Assembly: GCA_041584475.1 (NCBI GenBank)
Contig: JBFHDX010000004.1
Location: 8,576-72,575, forward strand
Direction: 5' to 3'
Source: Alphaproteobacteria bacterium
GTDB lineage: Bacteria; Pseudomonadota; Alphaproteobacteria; UBA8366; JADFVY01
DNA: 64,000 bases
Shown: positions 1 to 9,240 of the stretch, in pieces
Layout: every line of letters starts with the position of its first letter
How positions within the stretch are numbered: the first letter of the stretch is position 1
The notes under the pieces: generated by a model
Databases searched by the model: none
Told to the model about the DNA's origin: nothing
Seen by the model: the letters and a program-made list of their open reading frames with translations, nothing else
Made by a program: the position numbers and the translations under genes

Positions 1-497
1 GTAAGGATCGCGTTCTCCAGCTCCGAGGCGGTTTCCGGGCTCACGACGGCGTTCTCCCATTCGCCGGAGCCGCCCTGCACCTGCCGGAACACGGTGACCC
101 TGACGCCATCCGCCCTGAGCTGGCGGTCGAGGATGTAGATCTGTACCTTGAATCGCTCGCCGACCGCTTCCGGTGGCGAATACCAGTCGGTAATGATGAC
201 GCCGCCGAACGGATCCGCCGAATTGAGCGGCATGAACGACATCGTGTCGAGCGATGCCCGCCACAGAAACCCGTTCACCGCGACACCGCCGGTGCCGGCA
301 GACGTGTCCTCGCGTCGTTTGGCGCCCGGCCCGAACACGAGCGCCTCCTCGCCGAAGAGTTTTCCAACGCGGCTCTTGCGTTGCTCCTCGGACGTCATCA
401 TGTCCTCCTCGGTTGGCCGCGAAGAGCCGCCGCAGGACGCAACGGCAAACGCAGCCAGCAAGAGGAGGAGCACGCCTGTATTGCGGCGATTTGTCAT
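1..497 (-). CDS. lipoprotein, DUF3576-like (3' end runs off the window)
   Basis: Manual minus-strand translation from ATG at 497-495 gives MTNRRNTGVLLLLLAAFAVASCGGSSRP (signal peptide plus lipobox Cys), then ..VNGFLWRASLDTMSFMPLNSADPFGGVIITDWYSPPE... The frame is open to nt 1. It is absent from the ORF track because there is no stop in the window. Family name is recalled from memory. Confidence 0.5.
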   Translation of the reverse strand, partial: MTNRRNTGVLLLLLAAFAVASCGGSSRPTEEDMMTSEEQRKSRVGKLFGEEALVFGPGAKRREDTSAGTGGVAVNGFLWRASLDTMSFMPLNSADPFGGVIITDWYSPPEAVGERFKVQIYILDRQLRADGVRVTVFRQVQGGSGEWENAVVSPETASELENAIL

Positions 498-656
498 GCA
501 GCCTCTTTTTCCCCGGCAACCGGCACACGGGACCGGGCCGACTATACATAAACGTTTGTTCGGGAAAAGAGGAATCAAAAGCCCGGCCGCCGCGGGCGGC
601 CATGCTCACGACGATGGCATGGGTCCCTCGATACCGGACGCGGGCCGACCGATACC

Positions 657-1496
657 CTAGAAATTCACGCCGGTGCCCAGCACGATCACCGTACCGAGCC
701 GCTGATCGCTCTCGACGGTCGGGTTGTCGACGACGTTGAACTCGCCGTATACCAGCAGACCGGGGAGGACGGCGTAATCGGCGCCGAACGACAGGATCGC
801 GATACCCGACGGGGTTCCCTCGACCTCGCGATACGTCGACTCGTAACCGGCGCTGAGCGAGACCGCACCGCTCGACCAGCCGACACCGACATCCCACTGC
901 AGGTCGCCGACTCCGGGCTCGGTAGCCGCCGGATCCATGTCGGACGCTGCCAGGGACAGGCTGGTCGAGCCCAGCATGCCGGTGATCCGCCACGCCGATG
1001 CCCCCACGCCCGATCCGTCGCCTTCGCTCAGAAGGGCGGTAAGGTCCGCGCGCAGGCCCACGCGCTCCAGTTCTCCGGTCGTCAGTATGCGGCTGACGGC
1101 GCGCGGCGAACGATGCTGCGACTCCGTCACGTCGGGTCGCCAGTCGAAGCCGAACTCCATGCGGTCAAGCCAGGAGCTGGTACCGTACGTGGTCGCCGGC
1201 CCGGGGACGTCGGACCCCCAGAAGCCGACGAAACCGCCCTGGGCGGGACCACCAAGGAAGACCATCGAATCGGTCTCGGCCCCGTCGACGTCGTCGCGCG
1301 GCGGGTCAACGTAGAAATGGCGGACACGAGCAATGTCACGGCGCAATGCCGCTTCATCGAACACGAAATAATGACTGCTTTGGTTACTGACATTTTCGGC
1401 GTTGGCATCCGCAAGTACGGCGCTCGGAAATCCGATCGCGGCAGCCAACACGGAAAGGCAGAAAATATCTCGATTCAAATGTCTACATCCGGTCAA
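657..1496 (-). CDS. outer-membrane beta-barrel / porin-like protein
   Basis: 279-aa ORF with signal peptide ..IFCLSVLAAAIGFPSAVLA|DA, an alternating beta-strand-like pattern, and C-terminal ..VLGTGVNF ending in Phe as in OM barrels. The start is TTG at 1496 or the in-frame TTG at 1478; no ATG is available. Confidence 0.55.
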   Translation of the reverse strand: MTGCRHLNRDIFCLSVLAAAIGFPSAVLADANAENVSNQSSHYFVFDEAALRRDIARVRHFYVDPPRDDVDGAETDSMVFLGGPAQGGFVGFWGSDVPGPATTYGTSSWLDRMEFGFDWRPDVTESQHRSPRAVSRILTTGELERVGLRADLTALLSEGDGSGVGASAWRITGMLGSTSLSLAASDMDPAATEPGVGDLQWDVGVGWSSGAVSLSAGYESTYREVEGTPSGIAILSFGADYAVLPGLLVYGEFNVVDNPTVESDQRLGTVIVLGTGVNF

Positions 1497-1548
1497 ATCG
1501 TTGCCGGGACAGGCATCGCAGCAGATCCCGGTTATATCTCGCTGCTGG

Positions 1549-1564
1549 TTAACGTTCCGTTAAC
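1549..1564. promoter_or_regulatory. candidate CtrA box (TTAA-N7-TTAAC, perfect)
   Basis: TTAACGTTCCGTTAAC lies in the AT-rich 136-bp spacer upstream of the porin-like gene. Confidence 0.4.
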
Positions 1565-1632
1565 GACGAATAATCCTAACAACATACATCAACATTTAGT
1601 AATAGTCTTGCCAAAAAAAGGCAATCGATGCG

Positions 1633-4600
1633 TCATCCTGCGACTATTACTTTCATGCCTCGCAGGGCATCGATCAGTTCCCGGCGCGCCGGATCGACAA
1701 GCGACGGGAAGGCGTCACGCAACTCCGCCTCGGAAAAGGCGGATCTGGAAACGATCCACGACACGGGTTCTTCCATGCCCTCGGGGATCGGCACCGAACC
1801 CTTGCCGCCCGACAGCCGCCATTTCCCGTCGCGCTGCTCCACCGTCAGATCCCGGGCATTCAGCCTAAATTGCTTCGACGACGGCGCCACCGGCAGCCGA
1901 ATGCCGCCGCGCGCGTATCGGAACTGCGCCTGGTGCCGGCGAATTGCCTGAACGGCCTCTCGATCTTGCGTGAAATCGGCGAGTCGATGACCCAGGTCCG
2001 CCAACCACTCGGCGACGGTATCGCTGTCCTCTGTGCTGCGCGGCATGTTCCTGCGGAACGCCGGTTCGCCGACCGCCATGTCCCAGAGCATGTCCAGGGC
2101 ATCCATCCCGGTCACGTAGGTGACCCCAAACGCAATGTGGATGGTCCCGTCACTCGTCGCGAGCGCGTCGTGGTACAAACCGCGCGGAATATAGAGAAGA
2201 TCGCCGGGCCTCATGAGGATCTCGTGTGCAACGGCGCCCTTGTGCTGTTCGTGCCATTCCTGACCGAGCGTCTTGAAGCGCGGGTGGGCGATCGGGTTGT
2301 CGATTCGCGTCTCGTAGAGGCGCCAGACCTTCTCGCCGGCAATGTGCAGGGCGTAGACGTCGTGCGTGTCGAAATGGCTGGCAAAGGCCTGTCGCTCCCG
2401 CCAAGAGCAGTAGAGGTTGGCCTGGGCCTTCCCGTTGAGAGCGTTCTCGAGCGCCGAGGCAACGCCGGCCAGTTCCGGTGTCAGCGTATCGATGTCGTTG
2501 GCGACCAGCGAGGCACCGTTCCGCAGCAGGTCCATCACTCTTTCCGAATCCGGCTGGAGCACCGCCCCGCCGTCTCGGTTCTTTGCCTCGTGGCAGTAAC
2601 GGCGCGGGGGAACGACCTCCCTGTCGAGGACGAGCTGCAGCGACGAGGACGACCAGATCGCGGTCATGTTGAGAAGGTCGCTGAGCACGTCCCACGACAT
2701 CACCGTCGAAAATTTCGCCTCCCCGCCAGGGACGTGCAAATGTTTGCGATCGTAGAACTCTTCGAAGAACTCGCTCTCCGCGACCGGGTGAATGACATCC
2801 GCGAAACTGACCGGTGCGCTCTCGATCGCCTGCCCGTGCGTCATCGTCGTTGCCTCGTTCTCCTGCAGTTTCGTCGTCGGTGCGGCCCGTTCAGCGGTTC
2901 CGGCGGCAGCAGGCCCGATGATATCGGCCAGGGCCGCCGCGAGGGAACTCAGTTGATCCGCAAATCGCCGCCACGTGCCGATCGACGACCGATAGATCGG
3001 CTGGCGTACCTGGACCTGACTGGCCGTCATCACGGGCCTTCCCGTCTCGTGAAACGTCAAACAGGCATCGTTCCAGTCGAGATCGAGAAAGCGAATGAGT
3101 CGCTCGGTCTCCATCCTCTGGTTCTCGACGAGCGCCTCATAGTCGATTTCGAGCATCGGCGCCGGCAATACGCGTCGCCAATGATCCATGAGGCGCATGT
3201 ACAGACGATAGGCGTGGGCGAGCGAATCCAGGTCGTAGGCGAACGCATGGCCGTGGCCGCTGAAATTCTGAAAGAAACAGGACAGGCACGTGTCCATGGG
3301 GTCACGTCTCGCGTGGATTATGCGGGCGTTCGGAAAGAGCCGCGCGATGAGCCCCAGATGCCGGAAATTGAGGGGCATCTTGTCGACGTACCGGTCCTTG
3401 CGGCCGCCCAGGTCTCGAAGCCTCCGCAAGTACGCGTCGGCCTCTTCGCGCAACGTCTCCGCCGACGGCGGCTGCGCCGGATACCCCGAGTCCTGGCTCA
3501 GCCGGTTGGCCAGCGCGGCCATGTCGCCGAGTTCACCGGCACCGAAAACCGCCGGGTGGGACGCGAGAATCTGTTCGATCAGCGATGTTCCCGATCGCGG
3601 CATGCCGACGACGAATACCGGCGCCTGTGATGTCGACCCTCCGGGCCCGGCGAACGAGGCCGGTCCAAACGCCGCGATCAGTTGCTCGACGGCCCGCTCC
3701 TCGCGCGGCGGGTCGTACGCGCGTTTCGCGCGAGCGAGAATGTCGCGCTTGATGGCGTTGGCCTTCTCGAAATGCGCCATCGCGTCGCGGTCCCGTTCGA
3801 GGAAGAGGCATCGTTTGCCCGCCGTGAAATGGAGCTGGCATGCGCTCTGCGGATGGAGCTCCCCGGCGCCGAGGGCGGCGTTGATCTGCTCGAGCCGCCG
3901 GGGGTCTTCCCGGTCGCCTCCCGCCTCCGCCAGATACATGTGCGCGTCGGCGAGCCCTGGATCGATGTCAAGCGCCTCGCGCAGCGCGGCGCACGCGGGT
4001 TCACGATCCCCCCGGGCGAGACGAACGGCTCCCCGCATCGTCAGCATCACCGCGTCGTCGGGCCGGCGCCCGAGCGCGCTCTCCACGGCCTGTTCTGCTT
4101 CGTCGATCCGGCCGCTCGCGAGGAGTTGCGGTAGCAGGAGCCGGCCAGCGACCTCCATATCTGGCTGAATTGCCAGCGCACGCTGCAGCATCGCGATCGA
4201 TTCCCGTGGCCGTCCCGCATCGCGCAACGCCATCGCATAGTTGAGCAGCAAGTCGGCATTGCCGGATTGCCCGTCGACGGCAGCCCCGAGCACGGCAAGC
4301 GCCTCGTCGACCCGGCCCGTCTGGATCAGCACCGCCCCTAGATTGATCGCCGCCACCGGATGATGCGGCTCGAGCCGCAGCACCTCGCGAAGGTCCGCGA
4401 TCGCCTCGTTCCGGTTCCCGGCGCGCAGCAGGGCATCCGCGCGGGCCAGCCGGGCCCGGGTCGAGCCTGGTTCCGCCGATACCAGATCGGTGAACGCCTC
4501 GGCCGCGCCTGCGGCATCGCCGGTGGCCATTCGTGCAGCGCCGAGCGTCCCCAACCATTCGGGATTGATCTTTCGTTTCGCCCTGCGCTGTCCGGCCAGC

Positions 4601-4800
4601 GCCTGGTCGATCAAAGCCGCGGCTTCGCGCGCCCAACCGGCTCTCAGCCGGCACTGGCCGAGAAGAAAAAGCGCATCGGCGTTGTCCGGCGCAATATCCA
4701 GGATCGCCCGGATCTTCGCTTCCGCTCCAGCCAGGTCGCCCTTGTGCTGCAAGGCTGCGGCGGCGCTCAATTCCCGTCGGTCGGTCGACATGACAGCCAA
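1633..4800 (-). CDS. TPR repeat / sulfotransferase / JmjC-cupin (RoxA/YcfD-like 2OG oxygenase) fusion protein
   Basis: 1055-aa ORF. Res ~1-380 are TPR repeats. Res ~395-640 are a sulfotransferase with GMPRSGTSL (nt 3583-3603) and IHARRDPMDTCLS PAPS-binding motifs. Res ~690-1055 are a cupin with HFD (nt 2368-2376) and YIPRGLYHDA (His at nt 2170-2172) plus a C-terminal winged-helix-like tail. Confidence 0.8.
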   Translation of the reverse strand: MAVMSTDRRELSAAAALQHKGDLAGAEAKIRAILDIAPDNADALFLLGQCRLRAGWAREAAALIDQALAGQRRAKRKINPEWLGTLGAARMATGDAAGAAEAFTDLVSAEPGSTRARLARADALLRAGNRNEAIADLREVLRLEPHHPVAAINLGAVLIQTGRVDEALAVLGAAVDGQSGNADLLLNYAMALRDAGRPRESIAMLQRALAIQPDMEVAGRLLLPQLLASGRIDEAEQAVESALGRRPDDAVMLTMRGAVRLARGDREPACAALREALDIDPGLADAHMYLAEAGGDREDPRRLEQINAALGAGELHPQSACQLHFTAGKRCLFLERDRDAMAHFEKANAIKRDILARAKRAYDPPREERAVEQLIAAFGPASFAGPGGSTSQAPVFVVGMPRSGTSLIEQILASHPAVFGAGELGDMAALANRLSQDSGYPAQPPSAETLREEADAYLRRLRDLGGRKDRYVDKMPLNFRHLGLIARLFPNARIIHARRDPMDTCLSCFFQNFSGHGHAFAYDLDSLAHAYRLYMRLMDHWRRVLPAPMLEIDYEALVENQRMETERLIRFLDLDWNDACLTFHETGRPVMTASQVQVRQPIYRSSIGTWRRFADQLSSLAAALADIIGPAAAGTAERAAPTTKLQENEATTMTHGQAIESAPVSFADVIHPVAESEFFEEFYDRKHLHVPGGEAKFSTVMSWDVLSDLLNMTAIWSSSSLQLVLDREVVPPRRYCHEAKNRDGGAVLQPDSERVMDLLRNGASLVANDIDTLTPELAGVASALENALNGKAQANLYCSWRERQAFASHFDTHDVYALHIAGEKVWRLYETRIDNPIAHPRFKTLGQEWHEQHKGAVAHEILMRPGDLLYIPRGLYHDALATSDGTIHIAFGVTYVTGMDALDMLWDMAVGEPAFRRNMPRSTEDSDTVAEWLADLGHRLADFTQDREAVQAIRRHQAQFRYARGGIRLPVAPSSKQFRLNARDLTVEQRDGKWRLSGGKGSVPIPEGMEEPVSWIVSRSAFSEAELRDAFPSLVDPARRELIDALRGMKVIVAG

Positions 4801-4968
4801 CTATGCGCTTCGAAAGATCGGCAGCAAGCGATTTTTGCCGCGGCCGGGCGCGCCGTCCGACTCGACGCACCCGACTCGACCGACATGGGGTCGCCGCGCC
4901 CCTTGCGCGGGCTAGGCACCTCGAATCGTGTCTGTTACCGTTCTCGCATTGCGGGAAGCGGGACGGCG

Positions 4969-5664
4969 ATGCCTGGGATCAGCAGTGAGGACGTGGCGGC
5001 CAACCTTCGTGCGGTGCTCCGCCGGATCGCCGCCGCCGCCAGCGAGGCCGGGAGGCCTGTCGACGGCGTGACGCTGGTTGCGGTCGGGAAGGGACACGAC
5101 GCGGTAACCGTACGGGCGGCCCTCTTGCATGGCCACCGTGTATTCGGCGAAAACCGGGTTCAGGAAGCGGTCGCGAAATGGCCGGCCCTGCGCGCCGATT
5201 TCCCGGACATCAGGCTGCACTTGATCGGGCCGCTGCAAACAAACAAGGTGCGCAGCGCGGTCGAGCTTTTCGACGTCATCGAGACCGTCGACCGGCCCAA
5301 GCTGGCGCGCGCCCTGACAAAGGAAATGGCTCGGTGCGACCGGCATCCCCGCTGTTTCGTGCAGGTGAACACCGGCGCCGAACCGCAGAAGGCGGGTGTC
5401 CTGCCGCAGGATGCGGATGCCTTCATCGCCCAGTGCCGGAGCGAATACGGGCTTTCGATCGACGGGCTGATGTGCATACCGCCCGTCGACGAGGAGCCAT
5501 CGCTGCATTTCGCCCTGCTCCGCGACATTGCGGCCCGCAACGGCATTTCCCACCTCAGCATGGGGATGAGCGCCGACTTCGAGATCGCGATCGCGTTCGG
5601 AGCCACGCTGGTCCGCGTCGGCACCGCTATTTTTGGCGAGCGCCCGGTCCGTTCGCCGGACTGA
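4969..5664 (+). CDS. yggS: YggS-family pyridoxal-phosphate homeostasis protein
   Basis: Starts at an internal ATG of track ORF 4360..5664. Sequence reads MPGISSEDVAANLRAV..VAVGKGH..FGENRVQE..HLIGPLQTNK..SMGMSADFEIAIAFGATLVRVGTAIFG. The upstream part of that ORF is antisense to the TPR gene. Confidence 0.85.
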   Translation: MPGISSEDVAANLRAVLRRIAAAASEAGRPVDGVTLVAVGKGHDAVTVRAALLHGHRVFGENRVQEAVAKWPALRADFPDIRLHLIGPLQTNKVRSAVELFDVIETVDRPKLARALTKEMARCDRHPRCFVQVNTGAEPQKAGVLPQDADAFIAQCRSEYGLSIDGLMCIPPVDEEPSLHFALLRDIAARNGISHLSMGMSADFEIAIAFGATLVRVGTAIFGERPVRSPD

Positions 5665-6169
5665 CCGTGATGTGATCGCCCGTGCCGCAATCGACGAGCA
5701 TTGCGCGAAGATCCTCCAGCGCCACCGCGATGCACCCTTCGGTGGGACCGTAATCAGGCCGCGCCACGTGCAGGAAGATCGCGCTGCCGTGACCCGGTCG
5801 CGGCGGATCGTCGTTGTGACCGAGCACGACGATCAAATCGTACAGGCCATCGTCGCGCCAGAGCCTCTCGTGGCGCCCCGCATGGGGGACGCGTATCTGG
5901 CGGTTGTAGCTCGGATCGTTAGGATCGTCGCACCATCCGTCGGCGGGGTTCAGCGCTTCCAAGGGCAATTTCGTGGCGGGCGGCTGCTCGAGCCGATCGG
6001 CGCGGTAAAGGACGCGCCGCAGCGGGAACCGTCCCGCGGGCGTCGCGCCATCCCCTTCGCGCTTCGTCCGGCGCACGCCAGCACGGCCCAGCGCACAGCG
6101 GAACTTGCGCCCGCCGCACCTCAGCCAACCCTGGGTCGGCGTATCCGCCGGCGCTACGGTGATTTCCAT
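5627..6169 (-). CDS. L,D-transpeptidase (YkuD) catalytic-domain protein
   Basis: Starts at an internal ATG (6169-6167) of track ORF 5627..6601. Sequence reads MEITVAPADTPTQGW..GSAIFLHVARPDYGPTEGCIAV (His..Gly-Cys catalytic motif). It lies 5 nt downstream of the ribA stop. The 3' end overlaps yggS convergently by 38 nt. Confidence 0.7.
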   Translation of the reverse strand: MEITVAPADTPTQGWLRCGGRKFRCALGRAGVRRTKREGDGATPAGRFPLRRVLYRADRLEQPPATKLPLEALNPADGWCDDPNDPSYNRQIRVPHAGRHERLWRDDGLYDLIVVLGHNDDPPRPGHGSAIFLHVARPDYGPTEGCIAVALEDLRAMLVDCGTGDHITVSPANGPGARQK

Positions 6170-6174
6170 GGCCG

Positions 6175-7317
6175 CTAGAGAATGTGGCCGGCGCGCGACG
6201 CCTTCGTCCGCAGGTAGCGGTCGTTGTGACCGTTTGCGGGAAACGCATGCGGCACTCGATCGATGACTGCGATTCCGCAGGCGGACAAGCCTTCGACTTT
6301 CGCCGGGTTGTTGGTCAGCAGCTTGACCTTCGTAAAGCCCAACCGTCGCAACATGGCCGCCGCAGGGCGATAGACCCGCTCGTCGGCTTCGAAACCAAGA
6401 CGCTCGTTGGCCTCGATCGTGTCGAATCCCTCGTCCTGGAGCTTGTAGGCGCGCAGCTTGTTGACCAGGCCGATACCGCGCCCCTCCTGGGCCAGGTACA
6501 GCAGCACGCCGCCGCCGGCTTCGGTGATCGCCCTGATAGCGCCGCGCAGCTGCTCGCCGCAATCGCAGCGCAGGCTTCCGAGGAGGTCGCCCGTGAAACA
6601 TTCCGAATGGATGCGGGCAAGAACCGGCTCATGCGGCTCCGGTTCGCCGATGACGATCGCCAGATGCTCCTTGCCGCCGTCCGCCGGCCTGAACGCATAG
6701 ATCTCCGACCGCTCCGCGCCGTCGAGCGGGACCGGAGCGTGGGTCGCGACGCTCAGGGACACGTCCTCCAACGCGTCGCGATACCGAGCGCAGGCGTCGG
6801 TCGTCACGGTCAACAGGTCATGGTCGCGGACGATGCCTTCGGCGTCTCCGGTTATTCTGGCAATCACCGCTGCCGGCACGAGTCGCGCCAGCTTGACGAG
6901 CTCGAGCGCCGCGTCCTGCATCTGGTCCGACGGCGCGGCGGCGAGTCGGTCCGCTGCCGGGGTCCCTCCCTCGATCCCCGCGATCGCTGCGATAAACGAT
7001 GCATCCGGCACAAGCCGGCTCTCGCCGGCCGGTCTGACGGTCATGTTGCGGCCACGCGGCAGCAGGCCGAGCGCCTCGGCCCGGCCCGCGGTCACGACGC
7101 ACGCCGGCACCGTGCCGGCGACCGCCAGGGTCCTGACCGCGGCCTCCGCGGTTTCCGCGGCGGCGACCAACACGGCCGGCGCGTTCCCGTCAGGGTCGGC
7201 GAGCATCACGGGCGATCCCCGGCGCAGCTCCGCCAAGGCGCGCTCGACCGCTGCCCGCGCTGCATCCGCGCGCGCGACATCCGTCGTAAGGTTGCGCTGG
7301 CCGTGGTCGTTCGCCAT
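6175..7317 (-). CDS. ribA: GTP cyclohydrolase II with N-terminal degenerate DHBP-synthase-like domain
   Basis: C-terminal half reads ..ARIHSECFTGDLLGSLRCDCGEQL..LYLAQEGRGIGLVNKLRAYKLQDEGFDTIEAN..KLLTNNPAKV. The N-terminal ~170 aa lack DHBPS catalytic motifs. Confidence 0.85.
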   Translation of the reverse strand: MANDHGQRNLTTDVARADAARAAVERALAELRRGSPVMLADPDGNAPAVLVAAAETAEAAVRTLAVAGTVPACVVTAGRAEALGLLPRGRNMTVRPAGESRLVPDASFIAAIAGIEGGTPAADRLAAAPSDQMQDAALELVKLARLVPAAVIARITGDAEGIVRDHDLLTVTTDACARYRDALEDVSLSVATHAPVPLDGAERSEIYAFRPADGGKEHLAIVIGEPEPHEPVLARIHSECFTGDLLGSLRCDCGEQLRGAIRAITEAGGGVLLYLAQEGRGIGLVNKLRAYKLQDEGFDTIEANERLGFEADERVYRPAAAMLRRLGFTKVKLLTNNPAKVEGLSACGIAVIDRVPHAFPANGHNDRYLRTKASRAGHIL

Positions 7318-7633
7318 GATGAGCTCCGGAAATCACCGCTATTACGCATCCGCGTGCCGCTGACCACGCGATCGTGGATTTCCGAAGATATAGTGCATGA
7401 TGCTTGGTCAGGGAATGCACTCGTGACCGATCGGGGCCCTTTCAGCGCTCAGGATGCGCGGCGCGGCCGTCGAGGCTTGCGTTACCCTGCGACTGCGCCA
7501 TGTTAGAATCTTCAGGCCGTGCCGCGTGTGTTTCCAGCCGTCCCGGCGCCAGGCGGGCGCGCATGCGGGATGGGGGCGGCCGCTTGCAACGGAAATTCGG
7601 GGGACCCGTCCCGTGCGACGGGGACGCGTTAGG

Positions 7634-8320
7634 ATGACTGGCAAAAACATTCTCCTCGTCGACGATGACGACGCCTTGCGTAAGTCGCTGGCGGAGCAGC
7701 TGCGGCTGCACGAGGAATTCGATACGACCGAGGCGGCCAGCGCCGCCGAAGCGCTCGACAAGGTGAAGGGCAGCTACTTCGATGTGATCTTGCTCGATGT
7801 CGGCCTGCCGGACATGGACGGTCGCGAATGCTGCCGGCTCATGCGGCGCGGCGGCGTGACCGCACCGGTCATCATGCTGACGGCACACGATACCGACGCC
7901 GATACGATCCTCGGACTGGATGCGGGCGCCAACGATTACGTCACCAAGCCATTCCGGCTCGGCGTGCTGCTCGCCCGCCTGCGCGCTCAGCTGCGGCAGC
8001 ACGAGCAGAGCGAGGATGCCGTGTTTTCGGTCGGCCCGTATACCTTTCGGCCAGCCGCAAAGATGCTCATCGAAGAGGACAGCGACCGCAAGATCCGTCT
8101 GACCGAGAAAGAGACGGCAATCCTGAAATACCTCTACCGGGCTGGCGACAAGGCGGTCGGGCGCGATCAGCTGCTCGGGGAAGTGTGGGGTTACAATGCC
8201 GGCGTGACGACGCACACGCTCGAGACACATGTATACCGGCTACGCCAGAAGATCGAGCGCGACCCGTCCCACGCCGAGATCCTGGTCACCGAGCCGGGCG
8301 GCTACAAACTGGTGCCGTGA
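7634..8320 (+). CDS. OmpR/PhoB-family response regulator
   Basis: Receiver domain (ILLVDDDD..VILLDVGLPDMDG..MLTAHD..DYVTKPF) plus winged-helix output (..LTEKETAILKYL..THTLETHVYRLRQKIE). I chose the ATG at 7634; an in-frame GTG at 7613 is also possible. Confidence 0.85.
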   Translation: MTGKNILLVDDDDALRKSLAEQLRLHEEFDTTEAASAAEALDKVKGSYFDVILLDVGLPDMDGRECCRLMRRGGVTAPVIMLTAHDTDADTILGLDAGANDYVTKPFRLGVLLARLRAQLRQHEQSEDAVFSVGPYTFRPAAKMLIEEDSDRKIRLTEKETAILKYLYRAGDKAVGRDQLLGEVWGYNAGVTTHTLETHVYRLRQKIERDPSHAEILVTEPGGYKLVP

Positions 8321-8373
8321 CCCGCGCGCTCGTGACGGCGGGTGCAAGAGCGGCCGAGCTGGAGTGCTGATCG

Positions 8374-9237
8374 GTGCAGGGGGTGGACACGTTCAGCGTG
8401 CGGTTCTGGGGCGTCCGCGGAAGCATTGCGTGTCCGGGTGCCGACACCATCCGCTATGGCGGAAACACCTCGTGCCTCGAGGTATCGTGCGGTGGTCGAC
8501 GTCTCATCTTCGATGCCGGAACCGGACTGCGCGCGCTCGGCGAGACCATGGCGGCGAACAAGAAACCGTTCGACGGCGACATCTTCCTGACCCACACCCA
8601 CTTCGACCATATTTGCGGCTTGCCGTTCTTTCGACCGTTCTTCGTCGCGCGGAACCGGTTCAGGATCTGGGCCGGCCATCTGGTGCCCGACCAGACGCTC
8701 AAGACCGTAATATGCCAAATGATGATGGCGCCGCTGTTCCCGGTGCCGCCCGAGATATTCGCGGCCGACATCGACTACAAGGATTTCAGCGCGGGCGAGA
8801 CGTTGCGGCCGTCGCGAGCCATCGCGATCAGGACCGCGCCCCTCGATCATCCCGACCGTGCGACGGGCTACCGGGTCGAATATCGCGGCCGATCGCTGTG
8901 CTACATCACCGACACCGGACACGTCGTCGGGCAGCGCGATGAAGCACTGGTCCGGTTTGTCTCGGGCGCGGACATGATGATCTACGATTCGACCTTCACC
9001 GATCGGGAGTTCCCGAGCTTCAGTAATTTCGGGCATTCGACGTGGCAAGAGGGCATGCGCATAGCGGATGCCGCCAACGTCGGTCAGCTGGTCATCTTTC
9101 ACCACGATCCCTCGCACGACGACCGCTTCATGGATACGGTGGCCGCCGAGGCCGCGGCGGCGCGACCGGGGACCGTCGTCGCCTGCGAAGGTATGGAGCT
9201 CTCGCCGGGCGCACCCGTGTCCGGCGGCCAGAAGTGA
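8374..9237 (+). CDS. MBL-fold metallo-hydrolase
   Basis: GTG start with GGAG 9 nt upstream. Sequence reads FWGVRGSIACPG..YGGNTSCLEV..LIFDAGTG..IFLTHTHFDHICGLPFF (HxHxDH motif). Confidence 0.75.
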   Translation: MQGVDTFSVRFWGVRGSIACPGADTIRYGGNTSCLEVSCGGRRLIFDAGTGLRALGETMAANKKPFDGDIFLTHTHFDHICGLPFFRPFFVARNRFRIWAGHLVPDQTLKTVICQMMMAPLFPVPPEIFAADIDYKDFSAGETLRPSRAIAIRTAPLDHPDRATGYRVEYRGRSLCYITDTGHVVGQRDEALVRFVSGADMMIYDSTFTDREFPSFSNFGHSTWQEGMRIADAANVGQLVIFHHDPSHDDRFMDTVAAEAAAARPGTVVACEGMELSPGAPVSGGQK

Positions 9238-9240
9238 CCG

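Noticed and set aside
1608-1624. TTGCC-AAAAAAA-GGCAA hairpin after the TPR/sulfotransferase gene
   Set aside because: The stem is only 5 bp and the A/T run forms the loop rather than a trailing U-tract, so it is not a convincing intrinsic terminator.
5627-5664. 38-nt convergent overlap of the yggS and L,D-transpeptidase 3' ends
   Set aside because: Both C-terminal tails are unconserved-looking. This is probably an incidental late stop in one or both frames rather than a functional overlap.
7318-7450. Possible FMN riboswitch in the ribA leader
   Set aside because: Only scattered resemblances on the minus strand (ATTCCCTGACC, GGTCAGC, GGTGATTTCCGGAGC) to RFN core segments. The leader is too short and lacks the CGACGG..AGTCCGGATG part. 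A covariance-model search (Rfam FMN, RF00050) would settle it; I expect no hit.
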